Shown in pieces: positions 25,828 through 31,017 of a stretch of DNA of 31,017 nucleotides. Source of the stretch: an uncultured Nitrosopumilales archaeon (GTDB lineage Archaea > Thermoproteota > Nitrososphaeria > Nitrososphaerales > Gagatemarchaeaceae); contig CAYZDN010000007.1 in NCBI GenBank assembly GCA_964477505.1, positions 1 through 31,017 on the forward strand, given 5' to 3'. The translations under genes and the position numbers were made by a program. The notes beneath the pieces were generated by a model, which saw only the letters and a program-made list of their open reading frames with translations, ran no database searches and was not told where the DNA came from. Numbering within the stretch: position 1 is the stretch's first letter; each line of letters opens with the position of its first letter.

Positions 25828-26916
25828 GTGAAGATTGAGCAGGTGTCGACCTACCCGATAGCCATCAAGGCGAAAGAGGACCTGAAAGGGGGCACCTTCG
25901 GCTACCCCCATTACCAGACGGTCCTTGTGAAGGTCACCGTCGACGCAGCCGAGGGGTGGGGGGAAGCCATGACCCGCTCTGACCCGAAGGCGACAGCCAC
26001 CCTCGTAGAGCACCTTGGGAGGAAGGTGACGGGGACCCAGTTCGGTGAGGTGGCCGACGTCTGGAGCGGACTCTGGAGGGACCTGCGGGTCCGCGGCCAT
26101 ACCAGGGGAGTGGACGTGGAAGCCCTGAGCGGCCTCGAGATGGCGCTCCAAGACGCGGTCTGCAAGCTCAGGGGGTTACCGCTGTGGAAGGCGCTTGGCG
26201 GAAGGGGCCTCCCCGAAGTCCCCGTATTCGCCGGGTCTCTTTTCTCTTCCAGGGGTCCGTTCGAAGACCAGGTCGAGTTCGCAAAGGGACGCGAGCTTCT
26301 CGGCGCGAAGGTAAAGGTGGGGTTCGGGGTCTCGGAGGACTCGAAAGCGCTTCAGAAGGTGAAAAGGCTCTGGCCGGACGGCATGCTCGTGGCTGATGCG
26401 AACGGGGCATACGATTCCGAGAGCGCCGCGAAGGCGTGCTCGGCGTTCTCTTCGCTGGACCTCGCTTGGTTCGAAGAACCGGTGCTGTCGGACGACCTGG
26501 CCGGGTACAGGTCGCTCAAGGGCTCGAATGTCAGAATCGGCGCCGGGGAGAGCTGGTTCGCGGGCGACTTCCAGACACCGATCGAGGAAGGGCTCGTGGG
26601 GGTGGTCGAGCCGAGCGTAAGCAGGTGCGGCGGGGTCATGGTCGAGTTTGAAGCCGCGAAGAAAGCGAAGGCCCGCGGCATCGCATTCTCGCCCATGACA
26701 GGGATGAATTCGGCCGTGTCGCTGGCCGCCTCCATTCACCTGGCTTCTGCGGTGGGGAGCATCGGAGTGGAATACAACCCGTTCCCCAACCCGATTCAGA
26801 CCGACTTGGCGGACGGGCTGGAGGAGCCCAGAGGAGGGAAGATGAAAGTCCAGTCGGGACCGGGGCTGGGGATCGAAGTAGACCAACGTTTCGTGAACTC
26901 CAACACCATCCCGTAG
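25828..26916 (+). CDS. Mandelate racemase/muconate lactonizing (enolase superfamily) enzyme
   Basis: True start is probably GTG 25828 (MKIEQVSTYP); the track's 5' extension overlaps the opposite-strand gene. Motifs: GWGE, ALSGLEMALQD, KVKVG, DANG, WFEEP, GES, EY. Confidence 0.92.
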   Translation: MKIEQVSTYPIAIKAKEDLKGGTFGYPHYQTVLVKVTVDAAEGWGEAMTRSDPKATATLVEHLGRKVTGTQFGEVADVWSGLWRDLRVRGHTRGVDVEALSGLEMALQDAVCKLRGLPLWKALGGRGLPEVPVFAGSLFSSRGPFEDQVEFAKGRELLGAKVKVGFGVSEDSKALQKVKRLWPDGMLVADANGAYDSESAAKACSAFSSLDLAWFEEPVLSDDLAGYRSLKGSNVRIGAGESWFAGDFQTPIEEGLVGVVEPSVSRCGGVMVEFEAAKKAKARGIAFSPMTGMNSAVSLAASIHLASAVGSIGVEYNPFPNPIQTDLADGLEEPRGGKMKVQSGPGLGIEVDQRFVNSNTIP

Positions 26917-26917
26917 G

Positions 26918-27697
26918 TCAGAGCAGCTTTGCGATCTCGTCGACGTTGGAGAGCTTCGCCAGCAGCTTGTATCCCCCCGCCTCCTTGTCGATCCCGCTCG
27001 TGACCAGGATGGGGTCGATCCCCGCATGGACCGCGCCGGCGATGTCGGTGTCCAGCTGGTCGCCGACCATTACCGCTTCGCCCTTCCTGACCCCGCCCCG
27101 CTTGAGGGCGGTCCTGAACATCAGAGTGGACGGCTTCCCTATCACCGTGGACTTCTTTCCGCCCGCATATTCCACGGCCCTGACGAGCGGGCCTGCTGCC
27201 ATGGCAGGTCCGTTCTTGTACATGAAGAGCGCCGAGTCGTGCGTCGCGACGATCCGTGCCCCGTTCCGCGCCACCCTGGCGGCGCGGTCCAGGGTGTCGT
27301 AGGTTGCATTCCTGTCGAGCCCTATCACCACAAAGTCAGCCTCGTCCCCGTCGGCTCTCGTGTGGCCACACTTTCTCATCTCGGCGTCGAGCCCACGCTC
27401 TCCCACGAGAAAGTAGGTCGACCTTCCCCACTTGTCTCTGATGTATTCGGAAGTGAGCTGGGCGCTCGTAAGGACTTCTTCCCTCCTCACCGGTATCTCG
27501 AAGTCCACCAACCGCCGGAAGACTGTCTCCGAAGCATCGGTGCTGTTGTTGGTGAGGACGAACAACTTCCTCCCCTCCGCCCTGAGGGCATTGACAGCTT
27601 CCGTCCCGCCGATCTTGGTCCTGCTCTCCTTCCCCCGGTAGAAGACCCCGTCGAGGTCGAACAGGAACAGCTTCTTCCCAGAAAGGACGCGTTTCAT
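26918..27697 (-). CDS. HAD-IIA (NagD-like) phosphatase
   Basis: FDLDGV, LTNNS, IGKPS, VGDQLDTDI. Confidence 0.95.
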   Translation of the reverse strand: MKRVLSGKKLFLFDLDGVFYRGKESRTKIGGTEAVNALRAEGRKLFVLTNNSTDASETVFRRLVDFEIPVRREEVLTSAQLTSEYIRDKWGRSTYFLVGERGLDAEMRKCGHTRADGDEADFVVIGLDRNATYDTLDRAARVARNGARIVATHDSALFMYKNGPAMAAGPLVRAVEYAGGKKSTVIGKPSTLMFRTALKRGGVRKGEAVMVGDQLDTDIAGAVHAGIDPILVTSGIDKEAGGYKLLAKLSNVDEIAKLL

Positions 27698-28122
27698 CCT
27701 TCTACCGTCACCTCGCCGCTCGCTCCGTCTAGCTCCACCCTGGAGCCCGCTCGAACCTTGGCATATGCGTCGCGCGGGACCCCGGAGATGACCGGTATCT
27801 CTTTTCCGTAGACCAGCCTGGCCATTACCGAGCCGATCACCGACGAGAGGTCGACCACATCCGTGACCAACGCAGCCGGGTGGTTTCCGTGGCGGACCGT
27901 CTCGAGGAACCAGGACGATGCGGTGGTGGAGCCTTTCCCGAACGGGTAGAACAGGACCTTTCCCTTCACGTCCTGCCCCCTGATGTCGCTCCTGACGTCG
28001 GCCACCTTCCCACTTGCTGGGTCGACACCATGGGCAAAGGTGAACGCTTTCATCGATACGAGGGCCTCCCCCGACGCCTTCCCGGGGGTCAGACCCCTCC
28101 CCTTGATCTTCGCGGCGGTCAA
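27694..28122 (-). CDS. Aconitase X small (swiveling) subunit, DUF126
   Basis: G.A.GEALVS, GVDPASG, GKVLFYPFGKGST. Confidence 0.92.
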   Translation of the reverse strand: MTAAKIKGRGLTPGKASGEALVSMKAFTFAHGVDPASGKVADVRSDIRGQDVKGKVLFYPFGKGSTTASSWFLETVRHGNHPAALVTDVVDLSSVIGSVMARLVYGKEIPVISGVPRDAYAKVRAGSRVELDGASGEVTVEG

Positions 28123-29327
28123 GTCGTGGTCTCCTCTATGATTGCCTTCTGGGAGGCGTACCGGATCTTGATCTCTCCTTCCGATGAGACTATCTCGGCG
28201 AGCTTCGCCGAGTTTGTCATCACCACGTTGAAGCCGAGCTTCTTCAGCGGGGATATCTCAGCGTCCGTGCTGTGCGTTATCCTGGCCCCTGCGGCTTCGA
28301 TCGTCGATGAGATTCCGGTCCGCTCTGCCATCTCGTAGGCCTGGGCGGAGGTGTAGGCGTACATCTTGGTCCCTCTTTTGAGATTCCTACCCTCGAGCAT
28401 CCTGGCGAGCTCGCCTAGCTCGCCGGCGGAGAGGTGAGGGACCCCGAACGCCACGAGGTCAGGGGGCTCGTCTGTCTGGTTGAGGTCCGATTCAATCTCG
28501 GAAATGCCGGAGCGGCTTATCTCGATCTCCTCGACCTTCTCTCCCGCCGACGCGTCGAGGACCGTCGTCGACCCCGGGGTTATCCCAGGCAGGTGGATCA
28601 TCGTTACCGGTCCGGCGGCGGCCGCGGCTGCACCCAGGTGCTTTAGCTGGTCAGAGCCTATCTTTGCAGGGAGTCCGGCGAGCGCCGGGACGCGTGACCC
28701 TGACATGCGCCCCACGAAGAAACCTATCGAGCGATAATCCAGGTCGGATAGCGGGCCGACGTCCGTCTTGAACGCCAACTTCGCCGCCCTGTTTTCCTCG
28801 TCCAGCATCCCAAACTTCGGAGTCAGGCCGAGGATCGCGCAGGCGAGATCCATCCCGGCCGTTATCTTGTTTGACCTGCAGCCAAGAACCGAGTTGGCGA
28901 AGACGACGGCGCTCGACTCTGCCCAGGCTACGGTTTCTCCCGCCTTCGGGAAGTTGCAGACCTGGTATTGGACGCAGGTCCAGCACCTCATCCCCCCTAG
29001 CTTCGCGTAAGCGTCGCAAAGCCTGAACTGCTTCCTGGCATACTCTTCGGGGATCCCGAAGCTCTTCCAGTTCTGGAGGTCGATGCTGGCCGGGTCGACC
29101 GAGGTCGGGACGGCGAACTTACCCCCCGAGTCGGCGAACTTCTCGATGACGTCTATCCCGGCGTCGTGGAGGCTGGAGTAGTGGGCCAGGACGTGGGCGG
29201 ACTTGATGGGGACGAGAAGGTCGGCGCCGACGGCATCTCCGACCTTCGCGACTATCTCCATGGCGAACCGTTTCGCTTCCCCCCCTTCTCCGCGGAGCAG
29301 CCTCTCCTGCCCCGAGTCCAGATGCAA
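28119..29327 (-). CDS. Aconitase X large subunit, DUF521 (atypical cluster-ligand motifs)
   Basis: AWAESSAVVFANSVLG.R.N, AILGLTPKFG, GAAAAAAG, PH.S..EL and VMTNSAK. TTG start. Confidence 0.9.
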   Translation of the reverse strand: MHLDSGQERLLRGEGGEAKRFAMEIVAKVGDAVGADLLVPIKSAHVLAHYSSLHDAGIDVIEKFADSGGKFAVPTSVDPASIDLQNWKSFGIPEEYARKQFRLCDAYAKLGGMRCWTCVQYQVCNFPKAGETVAWAESSAVVFANSVLGCRSNKITAGMDLACAILGLTPKFGMLDEENRAAKLAFKTDVGPLSDLDYRSIGFFVGRMSGSRVPALAGLPAKIGSDQLKHLGAAAAAAGPVTMIHLPGITPGSTTVLDASAGEKVEEIEISRSGISEIESDLNQTDEPPDLVAFGVPHLSAGELGELARMLEGRNLKRGTKMYAYTSAQAYEMAERTGISSTIEAAGARITHSTDAEISPLKKLGFNVVMTNSAKLAEIVSSEGEIKIRYASQKAIIEETTT

Positions 29328-29382
29328 GCGAGCCCGCGGAGGATTAGCATCAGTTAAAAGCTCGCCCTGCGTTCTGCGTCCG

Positions 29383-30531
29383 TTGAAGTTCTCCTATTTC
29401 CTTCCCACCAAGCTCGACTTCGGGTTCGGCGCGGTGGCGAGCGTCGGAGCCGAAGCGAAGGGGCTCGGCGCATCAAGGGCCCTGGTCGTAACGGACAAGG
29501 TCATGGTCAAGACAGGGATAGCCCAGCGGGTGACCGAAAGCTTGGGAGGAGTGGACCACGACGTCTATGACGGGGTCGAAGCGGAGCCGCGGATCGAAGC
29601 AGCCCAGGCGGTGGCCGACGGTGTCCGCTCCAAGAAGTACGACCTTGTCGTAGGCGTGGGGGGAGGGAGTTCCATGGACATGGCAAAGGTCGCCGCAGGG
29701 TTCGCGACCAATCAGGGAGCCGCGAAGGCGTTCGTTGGGAACAACCAGTTCGCGAAGGAGCCCCTACCGTCCATCATGGTCCCCACCACCGCAGGGACAG
29801 GAGCCGAGTTGACGGTCACCTCGATGGTCACCGTTGAAGGGCACAAACAGTGGATCAACAGCCCGCTGCTGCTCCCCTCGGTGGCGGTCGTGGACCCGGA
29901 ACTGACGATGAGCATGCCCCCCGGGGTCACGGCCGCGACGGGGATGGACGCCCTCTGCCACAACACCGAGGCATACCTTTCGAACATGGCAAACCCGATA
30001 ACGGACTCTGCGGCGCTGGAGGGGATCAGGATAATCGTCGGGAACCTCGAGAGGGCGTTCGATTCAGGGAGCGATAGAGCGGCGAGGGAGTCGATGAGCC
30101 TCGGGGCGCTCATGGGAGGGATTGCCCTACAGGCGAAGCAGGTCTACGGCCATTCGATCGGGTACACGATAGCGACCAGGTTCAGGCTCCCTCACGGCGT
30201 GTCATGCGGGCTCCCCCTCCCGTACATCATCTCAAACTATGCCGTGGCTTGCGCACCGAAGATGAAGAAGCTGGCAGAAGCATATGGCGTGCCCCCGGCT
30301 GACGACCCGTCCATACTGGGGATCGCCATCGCAGAGAAAGCCAGGGGGATCGCAACCCATCTGAAAATCCCCACGACGTTGAAGGAGCTCGGGGTGGCAG
30401 AGGCCGACCTGCCTGCTCTGGCCGAGGAGTGCGTCGTCATGTACCCCAGGCCAAGCAGCCCGCTCGTCTTTGACGTGAAGAGCATGAGCGGCCTGTATCG
30501 GCGGATGTGGGACGGGGAACTCTCGGCCTAA
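29383..30531 (+). CDS. Iron-containing (group III) alcohol dehydrogenase
   Basis: GGGSSMD, PTTAGTGAE, DALCHNTE, GHSIG and PHG metal ligands. Probable TTG start at 29383 (MKFSYFLPTK), with TTAAAAG about 25 nt upstream. Confidence 0.93.
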   Translation: MKFSYFLPTKLDFGFGAVASVGAEAKGLGASRALVVTDKVMVKTGIAQRVTESLGGVDHDVYDGVEAEPRIEAAQAVADGVRSKKYDLVVGVGGGSSMDMAKVAAGFATNQGAAKAFVGNNQFAKEPLPSIMVPTTAGTGAELTVTSMVTVEGHKQWINSPLLLPSVAVVDPELTMSMPPGVTAATGMDALCHNTEAYLSNMANPITDSAALEGIRIIVGNLERAFDSGSDRAARESMSLGALMGGIALQAKQVYGHSIGYTIATRFRLPHGVSCGLPLPYIISNYAVACAPKMKKLAEAYGVPPADDPSILGIAIAEKARGIATHLKIPTTLKELGVAEADLPALAEECVVMYPRPSSPLVFDVKSMSGLYRRMWDGELSA

Positions 30532-30571
30532 GTCTTATAGGCCTCCGCGAAGCTTGGTGCGTAGACGGCTC

Positions 30572-31017
30572 ATGAAGATGCTCATTCAAGGACAGCTAGT
30601 TGACGCCCAGGGCGCGGACACGATCAAGGTGGCAAACCCCGCGACGGGTGAAATAGTGGATTCGGTCCCAAAGGGTGGGAGGGAGGACGCCAAGAGAGCA
30701 ATCGATGCCGCCAGCGACGCCTACAAGGTGTGGTCCGAGACCCCGGCATTGGAGCGGTCGCGGGTCCTACTGAGGATAGCGGAAGTGGTGAGGGCCAACG
30801 TCGAGGACCTTGGAAGGAGCCTGACGATCGAGCAGGGGAAGCCGCTGGGTGAAGGGAAGAGCGAGATCAACTCGTTCGCCAACACCTGCGAGTACTACGC
30901 GGGGCTCATCGGCAGGGAAAGGGGGGCGCAGACCCCGTTCTCCACGGGAGAGGGCTTCTTCATCGTGCCGACGAGGCCACTTGGGGTCGTGGGGGCCATA
31001 CTACCCTGGAACTTCCC
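30572..31017 (+). CDS. NAD(P)-dependent aldehyde dehydrogenase, N-terminal part (runs off the window)
   Basis: Manual translation: MKMLIQGQLV...VANPATGEIVDSVP...ERSRVLLRIA...LTIEQGKPLGE...PLGVVGAILPWNF. Confidence 0.93.
   Translation, partial: MKMLIQGQLVDAQGADTIKVANPATGEIVDSVPKGGREDAKRAIDAASDAYKVWSETPALERSRVLLRIAEVVRANVEDLGRSLTIEQGKPLGEGKSEINSFANTCEYYAGLIGRERGAQTPFSTGEGFFIVPTRPLGVVGAILPWNF

Noticed and set aside
29203-29382. N-terminal extension of the Fe-ADH ORF
   Set aside because: It overlaps the AcnX large-subunit start on the other strand; a TATA-like box supports TTG 29383.

Overview
A GC-rich, gene-dense archaeal-type chromosomal segment. Archaeal signs are TATA-like boxes about 25-30 nt before start codons, a Hef/FANCM-like helicase, a DUF929 protein and a split aconitase X; the lineage cannot be fixed from this window. 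The first ~2.35 kb is visibly more AT-rich. It contains five copies of a 16-19 nt motif (consensus RAGTCCCACCCCCCGCA; copy 1 TTCGAATCCCACCCCCGCA) that reads as the T-loop/T-stem/acceptor 3' end of an archaeal tRNA-Leu. The copies delimit tiny modules: a PIN toxin (partial), an RHH antitoxin plus YafQ/RelE toxin, a pair of unannotated micro-ORFs, an empty ~100-bp unit, and a DUF4242 protein. The modules share degenerate end sequences. The best reading is a tandem array of tRNA-attachment-site-bounded mini-cassettes (integron-like, or an eroded integration hotspot); the intact tRNA and any integrase must lie left of the window. The rest is metabolic and housekeeping: DUF929 + VKOR, Hef helicase, pyruvate kinase, PadR with two ABC-2 exporters, metallophosphoesterase, GH100-like hydrolase, CoxG, acyl-CoA dehydrogenase, MazG-like, endonuclease III, SDR, CBS, Usp, a wHTH/membrane module, a GNAT-acyl-CoA synthetase fusion and a two-domain cupredoxin. 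At the right end is a catabolic cluster (enolase-superfamily enzyme, HAD-IIA, two-subunit aconitase X, Fe-ADH, ALDH) in which both dehydratase-family enzymes have atypical active-site motifs. Family calls come from motif recognition only; no searches were run.
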